Source of the DNA: Eledone cirrhosa
Lineage: Eukaryota
Length of the DNA stretch: 64,000 nt
Assembly: GCA_964016885.1 (NCBI GenBank)
Contig: OZ024742.1
Location: 272,304,001 to 272,368,000 of the forward strand
Direction of reading: 5' to 3'
The notes below the pieces were generated by a model. The model saw only the letters and a list, made by a program, of their open reading frames with translations, searched no databases and had not been told where the DNA came from. Position numbers and translations under genes: made by a program. Each line of letters begins with the position of its first letter. The first letter of the stretch is position 1. Below, piece after piece: positions 11,400 to 24,601 of the stretch.

Positions 11400-12640
11400 G
11401 TAGTAGAGGGTAAACAAAGCAGTGCTATATGATATGGTCCTCCTCTCCGCATTCAAAGATGGTTGGGCCGGTCTTGTAGACCCATCTGGCCATTCCTGTC
11501 AGGCGGTTGCGTGTCTTCCACTGGACCCATGGTGCTTCTGACCCAGGAGGGGAGTTATTCTCTAGCTTTCTTGTCCATAGCTGTAGTCTCGTTTGTTCCT
11601 AAGTAGTTGTTAGGGGCTGGACATGGCTGAGGAAGCTTCTCCTTGACTTCAGTCGTTGGGCTGGAGGTGATAGCCTTTGTGATCTCTACTCGGCTTGCTG
11701 CTTCCCGTCTCACATCTGCAGGGGCAATGCCACAGAGGAGAAGTAGGTTGTTCGGGTTGGTAGGCTTCAAGCAACCAGTGATCAAACGGCAGGTGTTGTT
11801 GAACGCTGGATCTCGTTTACCGGCATGGGTTGATCTCTCCCAAACAGGACAGGCGTACTCCGCAGAAGGATACCACTGGGCCAAGGCAGTACATGTTAGT
11901 GTGTGTGCTGTGGTTCCCCATTTGTAGTTGGTCAGTTTCCGTAGGATGTTTTTCCGGGAGCTGACTTTCAATTTGTTGTTTTTGATGTGTTTCTTGAATG
12001 AGGGGGAGCGGTCCATGGTTACGCTAAGGTGTACATGATTTGTGCAGTTCTCAATGTGATGTTAAGAGGTCGGTTGGCTTCCTGGTTCCTGAGATGGAAC
12101 GAGCAGGCTTCAGTCTTCGCAGGTTTGTGTGCAGGTGGTTACTCTCGTAGTATTGGAGTAGCTAATCCAGGGCTGTGTTAAGGTTTGCTTCTACTGCTTC
12201 GAACGCACTCTCTTGGGATGTAACACAGCGGTTGTCAGCGTAGATGAACCGCTCAGTGTTCTGGTGTATTTGCTGGTCATTGATGTAGGTGATATATAGT
12301 ATTACACTACCTTGAGGTAAGCCGTTCCTTTGTCGTCGCCAAAGACTTTGCTTGTTGTTCAGGGTAACATTTGAAGCGCCTGTCTTTCAAGAGGGCTCCA
12401 ATGAGGTCTGCGAGTGCCAGGTCCTTTGTCAGCTCCAAGATCTTTTTCAGGAGGAGGCGATGGCTCACCGCAGTGTCATATGCGGCCGACAGATCAACAA
12501 AGACGGCTCCTGTTACTTGTCCGTTCTGAAAGCCATCTTCAATGTGCTGAGTGAGATTCAGAAATTGGCTTGTTGTGGATTTGCCAGGTCGGAATCCAGG
12601 TTGTGGGGGGATGATGGATGGTTCAACAACTGGTTCCCAA
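11400..12640 (-). mobile_element. Vingi/Ingi-type LINE RT and C-terminal fragment
   Basis: GFRPGKSTTSQ..HIEDGFQ..GAVFVDLSAAYDT, YADN, AEYACPVWERSTH..RLITGCLKPT..GIAP. Confidence 0.8.
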
Positions 12641-12749
12641 TTGAAACACACCAATCATAGAGGTCAAACCACCCGACCTCCACAAGAGTCCGGGAGGGAA
12701 ATAAACGTTTGCTCTCTCTCCTTTAGCCTACCGACATTACTATATTAAG

Positions 12750-13930
12750 TGTAGGATGTTTAAATGTTCCTCACCTGAGGCCATCCTGGAAGTTGGCTAA
12801 CATGCTCAACGACTTCAGCTCGCTAGAAATGGAGGTAATTGCCGTCAGCGAGACCAGGATTTCCGAAACGCACACACTAGCCCCCTTTTTTTACGACTAT
12901 CAGATCTTCCCATTTCTTTGTCGGTGAGGAATCGGAGATTGAGTGGCAGTGCTGTTTAGGAAAGGCCTGGAGCTCGTGGTGAGATCGATCTTCCAGGACC
13001 CGGACGGTACGTTGGTCTTCCTGGACGTGTACAATTCCAAAGGTGGGTCCTTTAGACTATCGGACAGGTACGAACTTGATCTCCCGAATATGCCAGTGTG
13101 GACATGGACAATTTGCATCGGGTCATCCAGATCGTATCTACATAGAGTATTTTGTAGTTAAATAGATAGTTCTAGCCAAGGTTGTCCACAATTCAAAATA
13201 GTCGACTACACAGACCACAAATTCGTGACCTGCGTGGTGGATATTAGATAGGCTTCATAGACATGGACCCGTCTACTGGAAGCTAAAAACGTCGTTGACA
13301 TAGTACAAAGCCTATAGATTCTGGATTAACGAACAAGTTAAGAGGGCGTTGACAGGGGCATCGTCAACAAAAAATGGTGGTTCGCCCTGAAAAGGGAGAT
13401 TAGAATGGAGTCCATAAGGTTTAGTAGGCGTTAATAATAGAGGAAAATAGAACAGAGGGAGAACTAGTTAGAAAATAAGTCGAGGCGCTTAGTAAAGGCA
13501 TCGCTTCCAACATGTTTGCGGCGAAATTGTCACTCGACTTCAACGCGAAGCACGAATGCTGCGTTGTCAGAGCCAGGGCTCGTGCTCTCAGAAACGTGGG
13601 GACAAAAGCAGTTCGACCGGCCCGAGTGGCGGGGGTGCGACGCGGAAGCCAAGCCACGATCCGGTCTTTGACGTACAATGATGGGCGCATGTTACTCGAA
13701 CCCGAGCAAATGTGTGCGGCGTTTCAGCGTACTTCGCTCAGATGTTCGGGGGGAGTGGTGGGTCGGATCACATGATGGACATTAGCGCCTACCTGGACGG
13801 CCTGCCGCGGCTCTCCGCCACCGAGGCGTAGGGTTACGAAAGGCCGATAACAGCCACTGAAATACGGGTAGCAATGACTGATTAACGATGGGTAAATCGC
13901 TTGGTTTGGATGGTGTTCCCTACGAGCAAG
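12750..13930 (+). mobile_element. Tx1/L1-type LINE ORF2 N-terminal (APE) fragment, degenerate
   Basis: CLNV.., AVSETR, TDHK, GP.YWKL, and a KS.G.DG.PYE-like motif, with many stops and frameshifts. Confidence 0.65.
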
Positions 13931-14329
13931 AATGGGGCTTATTTCCAAGCCATTCTTCGCTTAGATGGCATTTTTGACCTCTTGATTGAACCTTCTGGAT
14001 GTAGTCCTTCTGCTATCCGGCGCCACACCAAGCCTCTTTCGCTTGTAGCCTTTAATAGATGTAGCAGAATCAGTTTAGCTGGACTAGCGCCACTCAGTCT
14101 CAAGTTTCTTAATTTGATCAGCGAAATCTCTGAATTCGGATGCAATAACAGTCAGTTTTGAGGGCTTCTTTGGAATTAGGATATAATAGTATCTGCATAA
14201 CGGGTCTTGGTCTCTTTATTCCCTCACGCTTCCGACTTTATCCTGCAGATTCACTGGACCGACCTGTATTGATGGCTACTTTGGCTTTGGGTTGACTCAA
14301 GTTTCACATAACGCGATGGTGAACACGAT

Positions 14330-14950
14330 TTTGTACAGGAACAACCAGCACATATTCGAAGGGATAAGAAAAATATCAAAATCAATTGTTGACATCCGTC
14401 CCTGACTCCCCTGATACCATGTATATTTAAGAATGATTCTGTGTTGGGAGAAGTTGTTCAGCTAGAAAACGGGTCGCAGGTGAAGGATAGCTATACGTCC
14501 ACCTGATATGATTATTAATTGCGACATATGCAGGTGGCTGCCAATCGAATAAGTAACGCCGGACCAACAGCGTTAATTTGCTTCGGGAGATGACGCAATT
14601 GGTGTACCCTGTAGCTCCCCAAAAAACTCTTACGATCCATTGATGCAGCTATGACGAAGCCCGTAATGTGCGTCATTAAAGAGCCTAGTCTTCGCGTGAA
14701 TAAACCATTAAAACTCCAAGATGGTGAGAGGAACACAAAGAAACTTGCTACATCGTCGTTTCCGCGGGTTAACAAGTGACGCATTCAGGCCTTAAGTAGA
14801 GTGGCCTGTTCGAGATATATATTGTAGTCTCCATTTCATACCTCAGAGAGCAGGTCCTGCGACCTGTTCTCTGGGGCGTTGGATAGGTGAACAAAGATTT
14901 CGTATCTCAAAAGCCCAAAAGGGGTTTGGAATCGAGCAAACCTTGGCAAT
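14330..14950 (-). mobile_element. Probable Gypsy-type LTR retrotransposon RT relic
   Basis: FQTPFGLLRY..LSNAP and RKSFLG motifs on the minus strand; heavily decayed. Confidence 0.4.
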
Positions 14951-15449
14951 ATATTCTTTTATTTTAAATTAAATTATTCATCCAAAGGGATTGGATATAT
15001 TCTGGTATTACGTGGATGTAATTTTCCTACAGTTAATTTAAGGATTTCAACAGAAATTATTGTATGAACATAGTAGACACGGCGTAATACGACAATGCAA
15101 ATAGCGGAATAAAATGATCTGCCACAAACAATATATGGTAGAATGGATGATAAAGATGATGGTTATGATGACTGCAATGGTGGTGTTGGTGTTTGTGGTT
15201 AGTAGTTGTGTTGGTTAAAATATTATGTGAGGTGGTAATAAATTATAGGTTGAAATATGGCATAATGAATAAACAAATCAACGAAAATGGTGGTGAGGCA
15301 AAACGCAGATCATGTTATTAATAACTACAAATTTTGTTTTTAGACATAAATCTATGTTACTAATGATAATGTCATTGCTAATATTACATGTAATCATATA
15401 ACAAGGGAGAACTGTAACAAATTTAATCTGCATGTTTGATTTGACGCAT

Positions 15450-15575
15450 AGAGTTACGGCCCTTGGCATACTGAATTCAAATCCCGCCGAGGTTAACTTT
15501 GCATTCCATCCTTACGGGTCGATAAAATAAATTACCAGTAATGTACTGGCCTTGTGCCAATAGTAGAAACAATTA
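15450..15575 (+). mobile_element. tRNA-derived SINE, 5'-truncated
   Basis: TTCAAATCCCGCCGAGGTTAACTTTGC..CATCCTTACGGGTCGATAAAATAAA..GGCCTTGTGCCAA..TAGAAACAAT. Confidence 0.8.
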
Positions 15576-16744
15576 TAATGTGACAACCTAGTCATATTTA
15601 TTCATGTTTGTGATTATAAAGATGGCGATAAAGCCAAATAAGAAAATGATGAGAATTGGGTTATTTAAGATGAAGATGATCATGATTGATAATGTTGATG
15701 TTGCTGTTATTTGTCGCGTCGGTGGTGCTAAGCGTGGCGTCGATTTTGGTGGTGGGTCATTTGATGGTGGTGGTGTTGGTTCTGGTCGTGATGATGATGT
15801 TGATGATTGAGTATGATGACAGAGAATTGTGTTGTCCAAATGATGATGATAATGAGAGAGATAATGACGATGAAGATGATGGCAATGAGGCGAAGGACAA
15901 GGAAGACAATGGTGATGATGGCAGATGTTGATTTTTGTAAATGTGTTACTTAGGAAGATGATGATGATGCGGCTGGTGGATGTTGTCATAATGATACTGA
16001 TAATGACGAAAATGATGGAAGTGATTTTGATGATGATGCATTCCATAGTAATGGAGACGACGGGAGTGTAAGGAGGACAAGTGTTAGCTGTACATGATGA
16101 ATATCTAGCCATACCCAAAATAAAATCAACTCTAAACAAAACATAATCAAAATAGTAAATATCAATAGCAGTACAACCCATTACCTGACCATAATTTTCC
16201 AAGTACTATATACTTGACAAAAACATAATATATCAATAGATATGTCGAAGTGAAGAGGCCGAGTCCGCACTGTGGTCATAAGCCAGTGATTAATAGCTTA
16301 CCAAATATATGGATTGCGAAATCAGACCGCTAGCAAAACAGAATACCCAGATTGGAAATAATAACTATCACATTATCTGCACCACCGTACCACCGGCATT
16401 TAATACATACTGTTGCTTAAGTAAACTGAAAACTTCGCCAAGCTATCTCTAACTCAACAAGACCAACGCCTGAACAAAATCAACCATTGGAGGCCCTTAG
16501 CAGCGTGGTCACAAACCTTGTTCTCCATATTGTTTTACTTTCCTCAAAAGCAATTGAAACCACATGTTTTTTTTTTTAATATCCGCAAGTCGAAACCGCT
16601 GTTAAACCAAACTGTTAATATAAATACTAATCATCCATATAATGGATGCATTGATTTCATTTTCATTTCGATTGCTCCTACCTACATCTGTATACATATT
16701 CTTACAAGTGAAGTTATTCTTTTCCATTTTACAAATATACATAT

Positions 16745-17694
16745 AAATATATCAACTAGAAATTGATTGACATATATATATATATATATAAATTAACATA
16801 TGAAACAATCACAGGGAATACTTTGTAAAGTGCGTAAGCACACACAGCTAGTTAGTTAACTAATTAAAGTTTAACTAGAACTTTAAATATAGACACATTT
16901 TAAAATGATTAATCTTCCTTGTATATATGTCATTAAAGAAATATATTTCAACATCATTCGATCGGTAAATCGCAGTAGTCAAATCCGAATGTTCAGCAAG
17001 GGAGAATATTTAACTATTTGTGTTTACACAGCAAATGCAAATCTGCGAATAACTAGCGGCACGTGTTGCATTTTTTTTTAAATACACACCTCGTACCAGC
17101 GTCATCCCAGCAACATCGACAACTAGAAATAGCAACCCATTCATTTCAACTGAGTTAGCTCTACAATTAAGGGGCCGTATATATATATATATATATATAT
17201 ATCCCAAATTAAATTGAGGGTGTCATGTCCGAGAGACATGCGCCATATCCACTGTAGAATATGCTCCAAGATTCGAATGAATAGATCCGAGCATTTTATA
17301 TCAACAAGATATTGATTGACATATATATATATATCTAAAATAAACATATGAAACAATCACAGGGAATAATATGTAAGAGCGTGTGAGCACACATAGCTAG
17401 GTGGTAACTAATTAAAGTTTAACTAGAACTTTAAAAATAGATATCTTATTAATTGATTAATCTTACTTGTATATATTCCATTAAAGAGATATATTTCACC
17501 ATCAATCGATCGGTAAATCACAGTAGTCAAATCCCAGATTTTCAACAATTTTAATGTGAATACATTCAAGGAAGACTAGTCTTTTAAAAAGGTATCTATA
17601 TTTAAAGTTCTAGTTAAACTTTATTTAGTTACCTACCTAGCTGTGGTTTGCTTACACGCTTTACAAATTATTCCCTGTGATTGCTTCATATGTT

Positions 17695-17772
<78 letters not shown>

Positions 17773-17884
17773 TAAGGGTGTCATGTCCGAGAGACATGCG
17801 CCATATCCACTGTAGACCATGCCCAAAGCTCTTCCAATGAATATATCCGAGCTTTTTATATCAACTAGACATTGATTGTCATAT

Positions 17885-17981
<97 letters not shown>

Positions 17982-18731
17982 ATAATAATAATAATCAGCG
18001 ATTTTATATATAATAATAATAATAAGCAGCGATTCTTTGCTTAAACTTTAATCTGTTATTTTAATAAATATATATATATATATCAATCAATTTCTAGTTG
18101 ATATAAAATGCTCGGATGTATTCATTGGAATCTTTGAGCATATTCTACAGTGGATATGGTGCATGTCTCTCGGACATGACACCCTTAATTTAATTTGGGA
18201 TATATATATACGGCCGCTTATTTGTAGAGCTAACTCAGTTGAAATTACTGGGTTGCTATTTCTAGTTGTCGATAATCCTATTCACGCCACTGGGATGACG
18301 CTGGTACGTGGTGTGTATTTAAAAAAAATGCAACACGTGCTGCTAGTCATTCACAGATTTGCATTTGCTGTGTAAACACAGATAGTTAAATGTTCTCAAT
18401 TGTGGAAATCCGAATTCGACTACTGTGATTTACCGATCGATTGATGGTGAAAAATATTTCTTTAATGAAATATATACAAGGAAGATTAATTATTTTAAAA
18501 GGTATTTATATTTAAAGTTCTACATAAACTTTAATTAGTTACCTACCTAGATGTGTGCTTACACACTTTACAAATTATTCCCTGTGATTGTTTCATATGT
18601 TTATTTTTTATATATTATTATATGACAATCAATGTCTAGTTGATATAAAAAGCTCGGATATATTCATTGGAAGAGCTTTGGGCATGGTCTACAGTGGATA
18701 TGGCGCATGTCTCTCGGACATGACACCCTTA

Positions 18732-18735
<4 letters not shown>
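16745..18735. mobile_element. Cluster of a ~543-bp non-coding structured repeat in tandem and inverted copies
   Basis: CAATCAAT..CTAGTTGATATAAAA at 18084 and 18627; reverse-complement copies at 16745-17580 and 17770-17885; (TA)n flanks. Confidence 0.8.
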
Positions 18736-18810
<75 letters not shown>

Positions 18811-18861
18811 CATAATAAAATAACAGGAGGCCAGACTGGTGAAATTCCTTACAGGTTTATT

Positions 18862-18919
18862 ATACTATGAACATTTCAATGACCGTGTTCAGTATGAACC
18901 CGGTGATATCATCAGGTAT
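18862..18919 (-). ncRNA. Type I hammerhead ribozyme
   Basis: ATAC-CTGATGA-TATCACCGGGTTCA TAC TGAACACGGTCATT-GAAATGTTCATA-GTAT; AUA site. Confidence 0.78.
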
Positions 18920-19589
18920 TCGGTATATATATATATATATATTTGTGTTTTTGGTGCATACGTTCCTGTGTGTGCGGCTACACGTGTCGCGCGGGTTTAT
19001 GTCCGTGAGCATGTGTGTATATGTGCGTGTAAGTATATGCATGCATGGCGAGTGTTTTCCCGTATTCATTTGTATGTACGTATATAGATGTTTGTATGTA
19101 TATCTAAACAATAATAAAGTAAGGAACGCGAGTCTGTGTACGGTTTATAATTGTTGATCGCATTAGTAAAATAATCAATGAATATTACATAATTTATCTA
19201 CTAAATTGTGTGGCTGTAGATTAAATATATTTTATTATATATTTAAAGATTCACTTCTTTAACATTTTCAAATGTCAACACTTCCGGTTAGCGAACACCT
19301 AAATAAACATACATGTATTTCCGTCACTAATTTTCTCTTAATGCAGTTTATATATAATATTGTCTCTTTTTAATGTATCATGTATTACGTTAATGATTAC
19401 ATAAGAGAGTGTAACACAGTCTTCGTTCAATGTCTGTGTATATTGTCAATTACGATTTTATTTTATCTATCATATCTACATGCATATATACTTGCGTTTA
19501 AAATCAATATACAGACTACACCTGCCAGCAGAAAACCACCCGAAGGGTGTTAATTCTGCTAGTATTTAAGAATTATTATTACTTTTAGG

Positions 19590-20051
19590 ATTTTAATAAC
19601 CTCTGTCATTTTCGTTCTACTAATTTATTTACATTATTCTTAACTCCGAAGCAGAGAATCATTCGGTTTCCTAAATAGAATATTAGTCTACGATTCCATT
19701 TATACCATAAGCGTGGTGTTGTGTTTGCGTGTAATTGTTCTCATCGCTCCACATAACGACGGATTATATTCGCTTTTTCCGTTCATTGCCAGGGAACGCT
19801 TCACGAACCATAGTATCGTTATCTTGTTTTCCTACGGTTGCAACGTTTTTCAAAATAATTCCTCCTGCGTTCACTGATTGATTTGTTTAGTTCCAGAAGA
19901 TCCCGTTAAAGATGAAAGCAGCAATTTTTGCTTAAGCTTTAATCTGTTATTTTAATAAATATTTGCTCTAGGGTTCTTATATAATTGATATATATTTATC
20001 CTTATATTTTTATCCTTATCTTTGGATTTTAGTCTTCACATTTATTATTAT

Positions 20052-20060
<9 letters not shown>
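19590..20060 (+). mobile_element. Solo 3'-UTR copy of the Naiad-like PLE family at 20978-24620
   Basis: Clear similarity to 24150-24620 including the CAGAAGA..GAAAGCA motif. Confidence 0.75.
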
Positions 20061-20093
<33 letters not shown>

Positions 20094-20297
20094 ATAATAA
20101 TAGATTTGAGTAATTGCTGGCCTTGTGCCAAAAGTAGAAATAATTATTTGGAGCGGTGAAAACAATAACACGCGAAGACAAAACCACGTTTATGGTACAA
20201 ATGGTATAAATTAAAAGCATTTAGAAGATCTTACGCTATTATGTTTAGAGCAGTGACAGTGTCACTTACTTCAATCTTCAGCAAACAGCGGAGATAA

Positions 20298-20342
20298 AGC
20301 TGACAGAGTTCTGTTTCGACCTTGTTGGTACTTATCAAAGCT
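20298..20342 (-). ncRNA. Hammerhead ribozyme, U3-A8 core variant
   Basis: AGCT-TTGATAA-GTACC AACAA GGTC-GAAACAGAACTCTGTC-AGCT. Confidence 0.7.
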
Positions 20343-20605
20343 AAACTACTCCGCCTGTCTGCTGAAAATCATGAACGTTTGATTCTTATAGAATTCCAGT
20401 AATAATCAGCTTTTAATTAAGCATACAGTGTATTGCAAAATACACTATATATATATTCATATATATATCGCTATTTCAGAGCACCATTTCTAATTTTCAA
20501 TGTTTGCTTGACCGGCAACTGATCTGTATAATCAGTTCCTAATTATTACTGGAATTCTATAAGAATCAAACATTCATGATTTTCAGCAGAGAGGCGGAGT
20601 AGTTT

Positions 20606-20648
20606 AGCTTTGATAAGTACCAACAAATACGAAACAGAGCTGTCAGCT
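20606..20648 (+). ncRNA. Hammerhead ribozyme, U3-A8 core variant
   Basis: AGCT-TTGATAA-GTA..TAC-GAAACAGAGCTGTC-AGCT; GUC at 20642-20644. Confidence 0.75.
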
Positions 20649-20797
20649 TTATCTCCCCTGTTTGCTGAAAATTCAAGTAAGTAACACTGTCACTGCTCTA
20701 ATAACAATAGCGTAAAGTCTTCAAAAGGCTTTTAATTAAGCATACAGTGTATTGGAAAATACACTATATATATACATTATTATATGTATATATATAT

Positions 20798-20843
20798 AGC
20801 TCTGACGAATCCTACGGTTTGGTAAGGAAGAAACATTGTAAGC
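20798..20843 (+). ncRNA. Minimal hammerhead ribozyme
   Basis: GCT-CTGACGA-ATCCT..AGGAA-GAAACATTGTA-AGC; 3-bp stem I, GUA site. Confidence 0.6.
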
Positions 20844-20885
20844 CAATAAAAATCTTTTTATGTTGTAGACGCTCTTGTGTTTCTT

Positions 20886-20981
<96 letters not shown>

Positions 20982-22029
20982 ATAATAATAAATTTGAAGA
21001 ATAAAATCCAAAGGGGGCTCGATAAGGATAAATATATATCAAATATATAAGAACCGTAGAGCAAATATTTATTAAAATAACAGATTAAAATGTAAGCAAA
21101 AATCGCTGCTTTCACCCTTAACCGGATCTTCTGAAACTAACAAAGTCAATCTGTAAACGCAGAAGTGGATATTTCAAAAAACGTTGCACCCGGAGCAAGA
21201 CAGGAAGACGATACTTTGGTTCGTGGAAACGTTCGCTGGCAAAGAACGGGAAAAAACGATAATACGTCATTAATAGGAGCGGTGAAAAACAATTACGCGC
21301 AGACAGAACCACGTTTGTGCTATAAAAGAGGTCGTAGACTAATGTTCTCTTAGGTGGTTCTTAGAGACGTTCTCAGGCAATGAACGAAAAAAAACGAAGA
21401 TAAAACGTCATATGTGGAGCGCAGAGAACAATAGCACGCAAAGACAAAACCACGTAAATGGTATAGCAGAAGTCGTAGACTAAAATTCTAACTAGGAGAC
21501 CGAATGAATCTCCGCTAAAGAGTTAGGAACAAAGTAAATCAATACAATACAGAAGTAATAGAAATAAATAAATACATACACGCAAACAAATACGTACATA
21601 CACAAGCATACGCAAAACACTTACCATAGGTATACAAAGCCACGCACATATAAATATGTGTGTGTGTGTATGCGTGTATACAAAATAAATAAATAATTAT
21701 ATAAACGTATATAAATAAATAAATACGTATATAACAAGCGCACACACATACCTACATGTAAATACACGAGTGTTCGGAGACGTATGTCAACCAAACATGA
21801 AGTACACATATACGCGCACCCTACATACGTACGAACCTGCATACTCACACAGACGCAAAACTCCCGTATACACATAGCCAAACCATATGTACGAGAATAT
21901 ATAAAAATATACGCCATAACAATCAAATATACGTACGAGAAGGTATACGTAACTTCACAAAACATACGGGTAATAAATACTTACCTATGCAAATAAGTAA
22001 TGGTATAAACAAAACATATACTTAGCTGC

Positions 22030-23602
22030 CACTTTACCCTGAAGGATCACAAATTTAATTATCCGAACAACCTCTCTATTCGGCTTATTAACCCTACGAA
22101 GTCCGATTTAGGTAGACTTAGTAAAAGGATTCTTGATAGAATTATACCTTAAATTAGAAGTTTGGCCCCTCTTGCATTGTGGAACAATTCTTTCGCGGTG
22201 ATTGATTGGTTCAACGGCATATTTAACAAGGAACATTGCCGTTTTATCCAATTCGACATCAACAATTACTACTCCTCCATCACTTTACCACTTCTCCTTA
22301 GAGCTATCAATTTCGTTAACACACTCACAGTGGTTAAGGATTTCGAAGTTGGTGTCATCCTCAATGCCCGAAAGTCGGTGATTAATTTCGACGACTCTAT
22401 TTGGATTAAAAAATCCAATTGTACCCCATTCGACGTGAGTATGAGCTCCAGTGATTCTGCGGAACTTACTGATCTTATCGGCCTTTTCCTTATTTTCTCT
22501 ATCAAGGACGAATTCCCCAACGCGGGTGGAGGTTTGTATCGTGACGATGGTCTTTTGGCCATGACTAAGTGCGGACCTCGTGCTTGCGACAGGTTCAGAA
22601 AAGAACTCACAGCCTTCTTTAAAGTCTTCAACCTCTCTATACAGGTTGAGGCCAATCTCTCGTTCGTTAATTACCTCGAAGTTACCCTCAATTTATTGAA
22701 TGGGTTTATTACCCGTATAGAAAGCCGAATGATACGCTTAATTACATAAGTATGCATTCCAACCATCCTGCCAGCATAACCAAGAACCTGGTAAGAAACG
22801 TTTCGTTGAGGATTTCCCGTCTTTCCACCAACGAGCGTATTTTCAACGACCATTCCAATTATTACAATGAAGTTCTTGCTCGAAGTGGATTTGTCGATAA
22901 GGTAGCATATACAGAGTACGAAATTAGACCTAGAAGAAATAGATCCCGTCGCATTTGTTGGTATAACCCACCATATAATATGGAGGTGGCCACACCATTA
23001 GCTACGATCTTTCTTTCCCTTATTACGAAGCATTTTCCCCCTACACATAAATATAGTAAAATTTTTAATAGAAATACTATTAAAATTTCTTACTCTAAGA
23101 CTACTAACCTTGCACATAACATCACAGCTTTAAATTTAGCTAAACTACCTAGCCGTAGGAACACGTGCAACCCTGTAGTTAGTACTAACTGTAATTGTAG
23201 GAATCGGGTTGATTGCCCCCTATCCGGGAAATGCCTCTCTAGTAACATTGTCTACAAATGTAAGGTTGTAACACCCACATCCCGTAGGGCCAAATTGGGT
23301 TAACCGCCAATAGATTAGAGCAGCGTCTTTACATGCATACACATTCCTTTCGTTACCCTCTAAGAAGGAATATGACATCACTTTCAGCTTATATCTGGAG
23401 TCTAAAAGACAACCACACCCAATATAAGTTACACTGGGAGATCCTAGCTAGGGCTAGATCGTATAACGGAAATAAAAGACCATGTTACCTCTGCGCCGCT
23501 GAGGCCCTGGAAATACTCTACGCCACAGACCATATCTTAAACAAAAAATCTAAGGCAATTTCGGCTTGTAAACATAAATTGCACAACAGTTTCCTGTATT
23601 AG
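22030..23602 (+). pseudogene. PLE reverse transcriptase and GIY-YIG endonuclease (frameshifted)
   Basis: FIQFDINNYYSSI, FDVSMSSSDSAELTDLIG, LYRDDGL, WYNPPY, CNCRNRVDCPLSGKC..NIVY, CYLC..E, ACKH. Confidence 0.9.
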
Positions 23603-24550
23603 AGCCCCACGTTATACCCTAACGGATAGTACGATCTATACGTGGATATTTTACGTCTTGGTGTGGGAGCTAAGTATATGTTTTGTTTATACCATTACTT
23701 ATTTGCATAGATAAGTATTTATTACCCGTATGTTTTGTGAAGGTACGTATACCTTTTCGTACGTATATTTGATTGTTATGGCGTATATTTTTATATATTC
23801 TGGTACATATGGTTTGGCTATGTATATACGGGAGTTTTGCGTCTGTGGGAGTATGCAGGTTCGTACGTATGTAGGGTGCGCGTATATGTGTACTTCATGT
23901 TTGGTTGACATACGTCTCCGAACACTCGTGTATTTACATGTAGGTATGTGTGTGCGCTTGTTATATACGTATTTATTTATTTATATACGTTTATATAATT
24001 ATTTATTTATTTGTATACACGCATACCCACACACACATGTTTATATGTGCGTGGTTTGTATACCTATGGTAAGTGTTTTGCGTATGCTTGTGTATGTACG
24101 TATTTGTTTGCGTGTATGTATTTATTTATTTCTACTACTTCTGTATTGTATTTATTTACTTTGTTCCTAACTCTGTAGCGGAGATTCATTCGGTCTCCTA
24201 GTTAGAATTTTAGTCTACGACTTCTGCTATACCATTTACGTGGTTATGTCTTTGCGTGCTATTTTTCTCCACGTTCCACATATGACGTTTTATCTTCGTT
24301 TTTTTCGTTCATTGCCAGAGAACGTCTCTATGAGCCACCTAAGAGAACATTAGTCTACGAACTCTTTTATACCATAAACGTGGTTCTGTCTTTGCACGTA
24401 ATTGTTTTCCTATTAATGACGTATTATATTCGTTTTTTCCCGTTCTTTGCCAGCGAACGTTTCCACAAACCAAAGTATCGTCTTCCTGTCTTCCTCCGGT
24501 TGCAACGTTTTTTGAAATATCCACTTCTGCGTTTACAGATTGACTTTGTT

Positions 24551-24601
24551 AGTTTCAGAAGATCCCGTTAAGGGTGAAAGCAGCGATTCTTTGCTTAAAC
24601 T
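24551..24601 (+). ncRNA. Hammerhead-like motif with A4 core variant (CAGAAGA)
   Basis: AGTTT-CAGAAGA-TCCC GTTAA GGGT-GAAAGCA..TGCTT-AAACT; same core at 19894, ~21130 (minus) and 58797. Confidence 0.62.

Larger units (their letters stand above)
20225..20770. mobile_element. Short non-coding fold-back element carrying U3-A8 variant hammerheads
   Basis: 20225-20405 is reverse-complementary to 20542-20720; third copy at 25045-25210. Confidence 0.78.

Noticed and set aside
15150-16050. 204-aa ORF 15588-16202 with His/Pro/Ile runs
   Set aside because: Degenerate (GAT/GGT)n simple repeat.
18418-18462. CTGTGA..ACC..GGT-GAAA as the missing HHR of the 543-bp family
   Set aside because: Core is one base short and no stem I pairing exists in any copy.
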